DNA of 64,000 bases from Amoebidium appalachense (lineage: Eukaryota; Protista; Ichthyosporea): NCBI GenBank assembly GCA_963693365.1, contig CAVNZM010000008.1, forward strand, positions 9,794,293-9,858,292, in the 5' to 3' direction. The first letter of the stretch is position 1; each line of letters opens with the position of its first letter. Shown piece after piece: positions 1-29,528 of the stretch. A program made the translations under genes and the position numbers. Under the pieces are notes generated by a model, which did not search any database, was not told the origin of the DNA, and was given only the letters and a program-made list of their open reading frames with translations.

Positions 1-285
1 TGCAATATTCCGAACTTTTCTTTAGTTTAATAAAGACTTATTAGCAACACATAGCCTAAGGTATCGAACATTAGCAGAGCCCATCCATAGGGGGGTCCCA
101 AATCATTGATTTAGCTGCATCTTAGTATCGAAATCGTAATCTCGTATAGAAAATTTAATCCCACCGCAGACAACAGCGTCATTTGTGCTTGGGTGGGTCA
201 TTTGGTGGTGGTGGTGGTGGTGGTGGTGGTGTGTGTGTGTGCGTGCGCGGCGTGTGTGTGTGTGGTGTGTGTGTGTGTGTGCATA

Positions 286-320
<35 letters not shown>

Positions 321-1588
321 ACACGGTGTGTTAGGAAAGGACGTGGGGAGGGGGGGGGGGGGGGGGGGGGGGGGGAGGCACATACTGGAAACTGAAAGCA
401 CGTTGGCCGGGAAATGACCCAGATGACCAGGAGTCGACACCCATTCCGGGCCCATCGGTGGGAAAAGACTGGATTTAAGTTTGCGTTAGGATCACAGGTA
501 CTTAGGCTACACCGCAATAATTCAATCTATGTAAGTGTTGGTGGTAATTATGGAAACTCTCGTGCTATCTGTGTATGTCCCCTCAGTATTTTATGTTATG
601 GTATTGCTTCTGTTCTCGGTACGTGGGATGTTCCTAAGGTTTTGTACGTGTTTATTTCGATTAGGAATGATGATTTCACGGTGTGCATATGCTTGTGTGT
701 GTGTGTGTGTGGGGGGGGGGGGGGTACATGTGTGTGTGTTTGCACACGCGTTTTATGAGTGATCCATGAAAAATGCCGACTTGGTCGTTATTTAAACAGC
801 TTAACCCTACTACATACATGCACCCAGGCACACCAGTCATAATAATAATTTATCTGGTTTGGTTTATTCATCTATCTCCATTCAACAAACACACACAGAG
901 AGAAGGAACACACGCCTGTGGCCATTGCAGTGTTTGTTTTGCACGGTGCATGGCGAGTAGAACCTACCGGAGATATAATAGGCGTGGAGTTCGTTTTTGC
1001 AACAGTCGGGCTTTTTCTTCTCCCGCCCAGAGATTCACTTCTCCTGCGCCCCCTCCCAATGCCTTCCTGTGTTGTCTACAAACAGAGCACCGCGTGAGTT
1101 GTCATAGCAAAAAAAAAAAAAAAAAAAAAAAGGAAAAAAAAAAAAAAAGGGGGGGGGGGGGGGGGGGGGCGAGGAGGAGGGAAAAAGAAAAAGTAGGGGG
1201 AGGGGAATAAGGGACCATCATGATTCATGAACTAGGATTTCGTTTAAAATTTGGGGTTGGAGAAAAAGGGGGAAAAGAAAACAAACAAAAAAACAAGCAC
1301 GCAGCGAAAGGCAGTGCGGGTTATACAAACGGTGCAAAGAGCCGTGCACAGACAAAAGAGTCTGCAGAGGAGGGAAAAGGTGTGTGTGTGTGTGTGTGTG
1401 TGGTGGTGGTGGTGGGTGGGGGGGGGGGGAGGAGGGGGGGGGGGGGGGGGGGGAGGGGGGGGGCTCACGGGGAAACGTGGGCCACCCCTGCACACACTTA
1501 AATGCTCACCCAACACTTCACCATCACCCTAAACACTTTCATACCCAAACGGGAAGTTCTGAAATCAGACAACCGAAAGCAGACATCA

Positions 1589-1624
<36 letters not shown>

Positions 1625-1685
1625 AACACCCACACACAGAGACCACCACCACCACCACCAAAGGTCTGTATATAGGCACGTTTAC

Positions 1686-9690
<8,005 letters not shown>

Positions 9691-12600
9691 GCACCGGCTC
9701 AACGGCCCCCCCAAATTCCCAAATTATGCCGCTAACTATAGTGATTTCCGGATAAATACACTGTCCGTCTATCTCACCATCCAAGGCCAAAAAGATAACC
9801 TACTAACGGCTAATGCAAGCAGGTTACGAAGCAAAGAGTTTGTCCGCCGCAACGGTTTTGCCACATAAAGCACCGTGGTGACACGAGGTTCGTGTACGGG
9901 GGTTCGTGGGATATGTGCACGGTTTTGCACTCTCAAATCGGATGCCAGGCCGAACGAGAAACCCAACGTATCATCGGGTGCTCGAATCATCCAGTCAATT
10001 CATGAAAATAAAAGTCTATTACTCAAAGTACAACTGTGTGCTGACTCAGCCAACAAAACACGGAGTTATGACGGTTGGCTCAATCCGGGCCGCCGTCACG
10101 ACGATTGGAGCACCGTGATCCACCTAGGCACTTGCCAGCCTGCGTGCGAAAATTCTGGGATACTGCGGCCGCCTAAGAGGAAAAGACAAAAACCGCCACT
10201 CACTCTTCAAGTAGCCTTCAAGTCACTCTAATGCATGTATTGTTTCGAAATGGAGCGCCGCTGGCACTGGTCAGGACACACTGGTAGTTTCAGCGAACCT
10301 TGGGTCTTGGAGGCTGGAAATAGTGTAGGCTGTGCGGGGCCTGGCTTCTCCCCCTGTGTTTGGGATGGAAAAGAGGGTCAGTACTGTGGAGCTTGTCATC
10401 GAGGCTTCACAGTGGGTGTGTTGTAAACCGTATGATACTGCCAGTTACAGCAATACAACCGAACTTATGGTTCACATTACCAGCGGAGTTGTATTGCCCA
10501 GGTGCTCGCTATCGTTCATTCTCAACTGCCACAGATTTTATGAACATATAACCGGTCGTAAACACCGACAGTGTGTGCATGATGTATTTCCGCCCACAGC
10601 CTGAAGAGTGAGGAGACTAGGCAGGAAGGGAGTTGCCAGGGAGTGCAGTGCCCCGACTGAGATAGGGGAGTAAGCCAGAGGCCCGGGACCCTTGAAGGAG
10701 AGAGTAACTGTTGTTGAGCGAAAGGGGACGACACAGCACACAGTCCAAGAGCGGCACTTCAAAGCGATATTTGAAAGCAACACAGAGCACACAGGAGGTG
10801 ATGTCCTGCATGCCATTGCTACACGTGTGCATGCCACAAAAATAGCACGGGTGCGATTTCGGAGGCGATCACACAACTTACGGTATGGGTGCAGGCCTGG
10901 TGGAGAAGGGGGGGGGGGGGGGGGGGGGTGGGGTGGGGACATCCCAGTAGACAGAACCAGCCACCGGCACCGTGACCGTGAGTGCCATACGGTCACGGGG
11001 CGCGTTTCAGCCAAGAACTACTACCCCAGTGTGAGGCCCACCAATAGACAGCTGAGCATGCCGCGGCTAGAGACTCAAGAGTCTAAAAGCACGTTAAAAC
11101 TACACAATAATATGGATGCGGTGTTCCGGCGGAGTCATCAATGCGTGCAATGGCAATGTTACAGAACTTCGTGAAAGAAGCTTTTGCCAAAGGATAATAA
11201 AAAAATTAGCACTGCCAACCAATTGAAAGTTCGTAACCTAGAATAGTCTTGAGTTGAAAGATGCATTCTGAATCACTGTTGGGCTAATGTAAAGAACTAC
11301 CGGGGTAACGATAGTATTCGCGGTAGCGGCCTTCGAGAGCCTTGCGGGTCAGATTAGAGTATACTTGTCAATCTCAGCCAGATGATTTGAATCCCTTCCC
11401 CAAAACTTTACGGTCCGGTTTAACTAGCTACAAGCTAAACAGAACCGTTATCATCGGATGTCGACTAGATGGTTTGATCAAGGGTTGGTGTAACTCAAGC
11501 TGAAGTGCTTTTTGTGCTTGGGTGCCACTTGTGACGGGGCAGCTGCCGCAAATTGAATTTACTAGTAACCCCAAAGTTTTTTCAGTATGACACGGACGCT
11601 ATAGTAGAGCAGTCACAGACTCTGAAAGTTTTCTGGCACACCGCTCCCCTAATACGACTCGATCACTTCTGTGACAGTGTTACCGCGGTCTGAGTACAAC
11701 AACCGTCACTGTTCTCAAGTGACTCCGTGACGGCCCCTCGAGCTCGTTTAGTACAGAACTAATACTATTAGGAAATCTTTTGAATCTCGTGCAGTCATCA
11801 TCATTACCTGAATCTGGAGTGCTTGTAGGAACTCAGTGTGCACTTATCACCGGGAAGTGCTCGTCTGTAAAAAGCACAGGAACCCTTGCTGTCAAACTCT
11901 GCAACTCCGCACACGCTGAGACAGCATAAGGATGACAGTGACTCCTCCAGAGCCTAAAATGATGCAAGACTGAGTTGGTTTCCGGTTCACTTGTCATCCA
12001 TCTGAGCCTATCGGATGCTCTGAAATTTCATTGCAAAGGAAAGAGCCAAAGAGAATATCCTGGGAGCACTATGAAAGCCTTGAGTCCTTATTTGCAGTCG
12101 CTGCCTCTCAGGTCACAACAAGGATTCCGACTTAGTTTCTCAGAAATGACACGTCCACTCACGGTTCGACCTTAAGCTTTAAGGTACCTTAAACGGTGCA
12201 CTTTGTAGCGATTTCAATGCCGCTGCCGTAAAAGTGACACTGTACATATCATGACGTAAAACGATTACTGCATATATCAGCTCACCAACCTACTTCTCCA
12301 TGTAGCCACATGTATTCACAATGTGATGTCTGTCTGATAATAATGACACCCGGTGACTATTCCTTATGGCCTACGCGTTCGTATCAAAAAAAAAAACTTT
12401 GTGACGTCTGCACGCAGGAAAATTTGGCAACGGGATTATGCCACGGTGCATGCGCCGCACGGGACTCCCACGCCTGCTGATTCCGGGCCCCCCGGGGATG
12501 GGCTGGGCGAAATGGGAGTAGGAATTTCAGACCCTGGGATCAATTATTTTATGGTCATGGCCTGATATTGCCGCATGGGTTTGTTTTTGTTCACTGGCCG

Positions 12601-13352
12601 GTTTTTTTTATTATTTATTTTATTGGTTCAGCGCTCGGCGACAACCGCCCCAAGCCTACATCTCGGTTGTCACTGCAACAGAATGCTACACTCTGCCTGG
12701 GTCCCGCCATAACAGACAGTACTAACCCAGGGGGCGCACAACCATGCCACAGCATGTCGCAATGTAACTTGAGATCTATCGACTACAGGCTATTGTAGCA
12801 ACTTCACCAGGCCAATCACTAGGTATCAATAGCAGTTGACGGCGCATGCGGATCCAGTCACTCACATCCTAGCAACCGTTGGGCCGGCCCAACCGCCGAC
12901 CCGACCCGTTGCCGGCTCTAACAGCCCGACGCCACTGGCCGGTGCGTACTAAAGCAACAAAAGTCAGCGTATATTTCGAAGTATACTATCATAACTAGAG
13001 AGCGAAAAACCTAATACGAAGAATTCATTTCTAATATGCTAGGTTCACTTTTTTGTTTTTTGAATAATCATCTGTAATTTTTGTGGCGGGGCCGCACATT
13101 CCGTAATTACCAGGAGGCTGTCGGCAGCCGATGTGAAGCGATGTGACCGTTCATCTTGAAAATCAAGTGTATACGTATGCACATATCCTGCATGTAAAGT
13201 ATACTTACGGCAATTATAAAAACAGCTATGAAAACCATTGGCATATTTTTTAGAAAAACATCAGGTTATTATTTGTAATTTTCATGCACACCGACGGTTG
13301 TTTATAATAATTATGATTCACAGGCCCCCCCTCAGGGGGAAAATTTTGAATT

Positions 13353-13488
13353 TTCTTCTCTGAGATACCTGTGATATCTCGAATGCTCATCATCAGCAAA
13401 AGTTCGAAGCATTCGAGATATCACAGATATCTCAGAGAAGAAGTTGCATTTTTTTCTTGAGATATCTGTGATATCATTCTCGAATGCT
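13353..13488. repeat. 35-bp inverted repeat (foldback) plus third partial copy
   Basis: TTCTTCTCTGAGATACCTGTGATATCTCGAATGCT (13353-13387) vs AGCATTCGAGATATCACAGATATCTCAGAGAAGAA (13408-13442), one mismatch; partial direct copy at ~13454-13488. Confidence 0.85.
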
Positions 13489-15121
13489 CTTCTTTTGCTG
13501 AGCATCTCAATAAAGTCATTATCAAATAATTTGAACTTGCGGCAGCCGTGACTTCCAAGTCTATATTAGATGCGATAGTTAGTGCACAATGTCATGGCAG
13601 CGCTCGAATGCTATTATGTAATCGAATTTTATGGTCGCCGAATTTTATGGTGCCAGTGGCAGCATAATGCCAAAAATGTAAAACGGCTCAGCTGGCTCTG
13701 AATGATTTTCTAAAGGCTTAGAGTTAGCGTTATCAGTAAACCGTGGGGTATATATATTGAACCATACTAATATGGATATTTGTTTCACATGTAATTACGT
13801 GGAATACTGTCAACTACAACTATGTATATTAAATAGTTTTAGCCTTTTGTAAATGTACGTCTACGGGGATTGGAGAAAGTGGGATGTCCGGCCGATCGTC
13901 GGGACGTGACCCAAAAATAGAAGTCAAAGGGAAAAGGGGGGGGATTTATTTTCTTTACATTAGATTATAGTATAGGTTACCAGCCACAAGTTTGGGCCCT
14001 AGATTATGGGTCGGTAATGGCACACGTTATCATAGAGACATCACATACGTTCGGTTTGCAGGCTCACTCGCAAGTTCACTGTGCGTGCTGCCATTTTGCC
14101 AAAGCCGGAATTCGAATATTTATCTGCCGGATCCAATGGCCGGATTTAAAATTAGAATGAAACAGCAAATTCCCCGACATCAATTTGATTGTGCATCAAA
14201 CGGGATGCGACCAACGGCGCTTGTAACATACACGGATTTATACAGATCAGTATACATCAGGTTGCCATTGAAAAATCATCCCAGTACCAGCAGTGGAACT
14301 GGCGTTTTTCCTTAGTGCACCCCTCCATCTGGAATTTGTCGATCGTCGAGTCGACCCGGCAGGGGCATATTGATGGCAACGCAATTGGTATTCCCGAATC
14401 CCGATATTACGGTATACGGAATGTGACTCTTCCCCCATCGTGTACTGAAAGCCTAAAGAGGGATTAGGGAGGAAACCGGGTTTCGATGCTTTTGGCCATA
14501 TAAAAAAGTCTATGATCCATAATACAGGTGTAAATGTACATTGTGAACCTTGGTCTCCTCACTGTAATAGATATAGCTTATCGTGCCATAGACTCAGAGT
14601 CACTTATGTCATATGCATGTCATATCACGCTGAATGGGAATCAGGGTTTGAATTGAAAAAGCGCACGCGGCGACATGCAGATAATATCAAATTACCCAGA
14701 AATTCTCCGATTGGCTACATATGTCGCATGGCACGTCCCATGTCGGTCTCCACAACACGTGAGCATGTTCGTATGCGAGCCGCTGTTCAATGCTTTCCCA
14801 AATTCCCGGGGGGTTTTTTTTAAACTGGGCCAAGCTACTGTAGCCATCAAGTTGACCGTGAGGCTCTCGGACGCGGCCACAGCCGCTGGGTTGAAAGTTT
14901 TTAGGACTAGGAAGAATTTAACTCACGATCTTCTAACAAGCAGCTCAGTGTAATTCTAACGAGGCAGCCAGCACCAACATAGTACAGTGGCACTAAGTGG
15001 CACGTGCGCCACGACCCGGCCGCGGGAGACCTAGAGAGAGTCGGAGGCCCGGAGGCTCCAAGCGCCTCACGCAAGGTCACTAAAGTGGAGAAGGACGAGA
15101 GAGACTCTGGAGGGGGAGAAA

Positions 15122-15164
<43 letters not shown>

Positions 15165-15186
15165 AGGGGGGAATCTCGGAGGGGGA

Positions 15187-16890
<1,704 letters not shown>

Positions 16891-17340
16891 CTCTCTCTTC
16901 CCCCCCCCCCCCCCCCCCCCCTGGCGGCCGATTCTCTCAGCCTGCCTGTTTCTCCCCGGGCCGGCCCTTAGGCTCTCCTTGCAGAATCCGTGCAACGGCC
17001 ATTGTGCAGCACCGTGTTATCGCCGGGATACGCGTACTGGCATGTGCGTGGCTTGGCAATCTCATGTGTTTAGCCTTTAACGCACTGTCATTCGAGTCGT
17101 TCACTGCAGTGCAAAGCACCCCGGGCTAATAGCCTACAGTATCATTCTGAAGGCGACCCAGGCGCCACGGCCGGACTCGGCGGACTGGCCAGAAAAGCCC
17201 GCCATTTGCCATAAATGGGCATATGTGAACCAATCAGGAGAGGCCCAGTACTATATAGTTATTCAAAGACTTTTGGAATTCAATTGCGAACTGGTGTATA
17301 GGGCCGCCCAGCTACCTTCGGGTGTTTCTAGATGGCCGTG

Positions 17341-17450
17341 CTTCGAACTGAGGTAGCTCTTATTTGCATGTAGGAAACCCAGGTAGTCTTTCAGCTACCT
17401 TCGAACTGAGGTAGCTCTTATTTGCATGTAGGAAACCCAGGTAGTCTTTT
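17341..17450. repeat. 58-bp tandem duplication upstream of Serinc-like gene
   Basis: CTTCGAACTGAGGTAGCTCTTATTTGCATGTAGGAAACCCAGGTAGTCTTT starts at 17341 and at 17399. Confidence 0.9.
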
Positions 17451-17661
17451 AATCTCAGTCGAACCTATTCTTTCTTCTCTTGGCCCTGCCCCAGCTTGGA
17501 ATCCGCAAGTCCACCGTAGGCTATCTCAGTGACAATCCCCGGCGTATTCGGCCAAAAAGCTTCACATTCTCATCCACATCCCATCTTGAACCGTCACCGT
17601 GACATCTTTAGCGCGGCCCGGCACGGTCCTTCTCGAAGCCAGCAAATAGACAATCGCCAAC

Positions 17662-25690
<8,029 letters not shown>

Positions 25691-26156
25691 TTGGCTAATG
25701 GTCTCTCTGCAAATCAAAAAGGACTATCGGTTACCAAAATAGGTAAATGTCGGGTTAAAGACGGATGAATGATGTGCCTTTGGGTGGGTGGTAGCTATAG
25801 TGAAAGTTTGACCAATCAGTCGAAGGCAGATACTGCGTTTATTAAGATGAAGTGTGTTTTGGTGCTGGTTGCCCAATTGCAATGACCAATGACTGCAACG
25901 CATTATAGCCATATATGGATATGGAAAATGGACGGCCTGGGTAAAAAGATTGCAGGAATGAAGGGTTATTGTTTAAGATATGTTGAATTTGGTGGGTATG
26001 AGTATGAAAGTGTATGAAGGGGCTGTGATAAAGTCAAATACTAGGTGTCTTTTGATTCTTGAATCCTAGCTTTCTCATCTTGATTCGATTGCTGGCAGTA
26101 CGAACTCGGACATCGGCATACACATACAGCACACACACACGTATGGATATGAATGT

Positions 26157-26295
<139 letters not shown>

Positions 26296-27558
26296 ACTCA
26301 CGCACGCACGCACGCACGCACGCACGAGCTGGTGATGCATGTGTTCTTGTCCTCGCATAACCTTTTTGTTTCCGTTTTTTTTTTCCCATTCACTATTGGT
26401 GTCATTATGTAGGTCAATCTTTACAGGTATCCGTCAGAACAATTGTTCTTATGATCTCCGTGTTCGCCCTTTGACGCCTATTCGGTTAGTTTTAGTTGTC
26501 CCAGTTGACATCTGTTTTGCACTCACAAATTTCACTCAATATTTGGTTGGGGATCACTCGTGAAGGCGAATGTATCTTTGCAATTTAATTTCCTTGAAAA
26601 CAATAAAACACAGATACAGGCAGTCAAATGTATCCCCCCCCCCCCTCCCCCCCCTACCCCCACCCCCCTCCTGCCCTCCCCTCCACCCCCCTCCCACCCT
26701 TTCCCCGACCCCCTCCCCCCCCCCCCCCCCCCACTCTCCCCACAACACACAAACACATTCACAAGAACACTCGTGCACATGCAAACACACACACATACGC
26801 GCACACACACACACAACATTTTTGTGCGCACACACACGAACAAGCACACACACACACACTTACACGGACACGGACACTCACTCACTCACATTCACACAGT
26901 CACACACGTATAGGCCGCCCGTGCTTGACTACTAATAGGTGTGTGCATTGAATACACTGACATGCTCACTATGCATGTGAGCTTGTTGATAGACCAGAAT
27001 GCACACGATTAAAACTGCTGCATTGACTGAAGAAGCTCGGCTTCGTTGCACGATTGATGACACTCATGTGATTTAGATCCCGTACGATTAGCCGTTATGT
27101 GTTTGTGTCCATGCCTGTTTGTATGGGTGTGTTGTGCCCACGTGATCAGGTACATGTGCCATGGCGTGGGGGTGTGTCGGCTCAGCACATGTGCAGTCCA
27201 CGGTATGAGCACGTGTGTGTGCGTGTGTGCATGTGTGTGTGTGTGTGTGTAGGGGGGGGGGGGGGGGGGGGGGGGGGGGTCGGTGGGTGGGTGGGTGGGT
27301 GTGTTTGTGTGTGTGACCGACACACTATAAGTTTGCAGGCACATGTGTATAACTGGCCAGCTGTCAGTGATATTAGCTTTCGCCCAGGGCCCAGGGGGAG
27401 GGGGGAGGGGGGAGGGGGGCAGGGGGACGAGGGGGAAAAGGAGAGGGCAGAACAGCCCCATCGTTATGTAGTATACGAACGTAATAGAGAAACAGAAAGT
27501 TGGAACCGAAACACAAAAGCACTTCAGGGATCCGGAAGAGGGAATGCCCGGGGGAGTG

Positions 27559-27595
<37 letters not shown>

Positions 27596-28059
27596 GTTTG
27601 TTGTTTGGTGGGGGGGGGGGGGGGGGGAGGGGAAGGGGGGAAGCCCCCGCGGGTCCCCGGATGCAGGAGACAGAGTGAGGGCGAACAAAAACAAACAATA
27701 TAGGTGATTATGGAATGGCATGGAAATTGAGACCACACATGTGCAGAGGGAACGGGTGTTTTTGTTTTGTTTTTTCTTTCTTTCCCCCCCCCCCCCCCCC
27801 CCCCCCCCATCCCCCCCCCTCCCCCCCCCGCGGGTCCCCTGATGCAGGAGACAGAGTGAGGGCGAACAAAAACAAACAACATAGGTGATTATGGAATGGT
27901 ATGGAAATTGAGACCACACATGTGCAGAGGGAACGGGTGTTTTTGTTTTGTTTTTTCTTTCTTCCCCCCCCCCCCCCCCCGAAGTTACGGTATGTACTGC
28001 TTGAGAAAGTAGTATCGCAGAGAATGGCAGAGTGCGACTAACACAATGGTCCACTATAA

Positions 28060-28246
28060 ACTTCGCTATATGCGGGAACCTCCTTAGAACCCACGGGACT
28101 AGACAGGGATTTTCTTTTGTCAGTAAAACAACGTTGGTATTGGGAAATCCGCAGGAAACTAATTTAGATAAAATATCTATTAGTAGAATCCTCAGAGACT
28201 ACATGCGAAACAATCTGTTATACGTGCAGATTGGAGATATAGTCCG
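28060..28246 (+). ncRNA. Group I intron catalytic core (IB-like), probably an organelle- or plasmid-derived insert
   Basis: P ATGCGGGAAC (28070), Q AATCCGCAGG (28146), R TCAGAGACTACA (28192), S GAGATATAGTCC (28234) in canonical order. Pairings P3 TTCGC/GCGAA, P4 TGCGGG/TCCGCA, P6a ACTAAT..TAGATA/TATCTA..TTAGT, P7 GACTA/TAGTC and P8 CAATCTGT/GCAGATTG all form. Confidence 0.85.
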
Positions 28247-28247
28247 C

Positions 28248-28509
28248 TCTTTATATCTTTTACCAAAAGCTCTTACAACACTGGCCAGCTCGTTTGAATG
28301 TGAGGTACAAAAAGGATCTTTCCCACATGAATTATTTCAAAGCTCCAAAGTACATGACTTCAATTTTATAGGCGAATGACCAGCATATGAATATTATACA
28401 GATATAACACAAGAAGATTATAATAATATGAAACAGGATGTATGGAATTGTAAAGAAGAAACGTTGAAATATTTAGAAGGTGATTTAATATCGCTCTATC
28501 AAGTAATTG

Positions 28510-28510
<1 letters not shown>
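28248..28510 (+). pseudogene. Protein-primed DNA polymerase B (pPolB) exonuclease-region fragment
   Basis: SLYLLPKALTTLASSFECEVQKGSFPHELF...FIGE*PAYEYYTDITQEDY...WNCKEETLKYLEGDLISLYQVI fits the S-xx-LLP-xx-L-xx-LA-xx-F, KGxFP and ExoIII YxxxD-xx-SLYQV pattern of linear-plasmid/Polinton-type pPolB; one in-frame TGA at 28377; AT-rich. Confidence 0.8.
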
Positions 28511-28544
<34 letters not shown>

Positions 28545-29528
28545 CGGGTCCCCTGATGCAGAAGACAGAGTGAGGGCGAACAAAAACAAACAACATAGGT
28601 GATTATGGAATGGCATGCAAATTGAGACCACACATGTGCAGAGGGAACGGGCGTTTTTGTTTTGTTTTTTCTTTCTTCCCCCCCCCCCCCCCTCGCTCTC
28701 TCTCTCTTTTGGTTATGGTTATGGTGGTGTTGGTGGTGGTTGGGGGAGGGGGGAGGGGGGAGGGGGGGGGGGGGAGGGTTAATGTCGGGGAGAACAGGAT
28801 CGTCACCAGACATTATTACATATACTAGAGCTGATTGAAATTCCGCTAAATGTTACACCACCTCACATCTGAGATGAGGGAGATGAGGTGGTTTTATAGC
28901 ACATGAAGTAAACTGTATATAATGGCTAGGTTAGCCATATATATTTATAACGTGACTCGAGATCTCGACTATTTTTTAAGTTAGAATCGACCAATGCCAT
29001 TCCTTGCTAAAATCACTCTAACCACTGGGCAGGGATGCACTCTAACTCACTAACTTACCGACTCTGTAGCTACAAACCTAAATCTATCACAAAAACCGAC
29101 TCATTACCCTTCTATCGCGGCAAAACATTTTCGAATTCACTAATATCATGAAAGTTTCACCCCCAACCAATACCACATCAAGAAGCCATATGTAGCTCGA
29201 TGTGAAGTCAACGTAACTAATAATTTATGCCTGTTGTGTACGCATTCCCAAATACCCTATCGCAGACTCCGAGTCCCAGTATGTCTTTTAGGTAATATTC
29301 CCAAGGGTTAGGCCCAGTCGCCATCTACCACCTTTAACCAAAGCCTTAACAGATTGTTTCAAAAATCCCATCGTCTCTCAGTGTTTGGCCAACACAATCT
29401 TTCTTAACCAACCCCTAATTTTCACTGCCCCTCAAAACCTCCCTGTTACCAGCACACACAGAAACATCACACATATCATAGTCACTGAGTAACCCTGGCT
29501 TTCCTCACATTTTCACCGGATATCTCCC

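Larger units (their letters stand above)
27648..28677. repeat. Three ~135-bp direct repeats bounded by C-rich tracts (27648-27782, 27829-27963, 28543-28677)
   Basis: CGCGGGTCCCC(T/G)GATGCAG...GGGCGAACAAAAACAAACAA...GAGACCACACATGTGCAGAGGGAACGGG present three times. Confidence 0.92.

Noticed and set aside
10230-12200. Possible minus-strand exons (GPGPLAYSPISVG..., GEKPGPAQPTLF...) and ~1 kb of complex sequence
   Set aside because: No recognisable domain, no start exon, and no sustained ORF in 11.2-12.2 kb.
12520-14660. CAGGGT-like hAT termini at ~12535 and ~14642
   Set aside because: They face outward from each other and no partner ends with a matching 8-bp TSD were found.
27978-27990. cox1 exon remnant (CCC GAA GTT = PEV) as 5' exon of the group I intron
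   Set aside because: Only 6 informative bases beyond the poly-C, and the downstream sequence is pPolB rather than cox1; not supportable.
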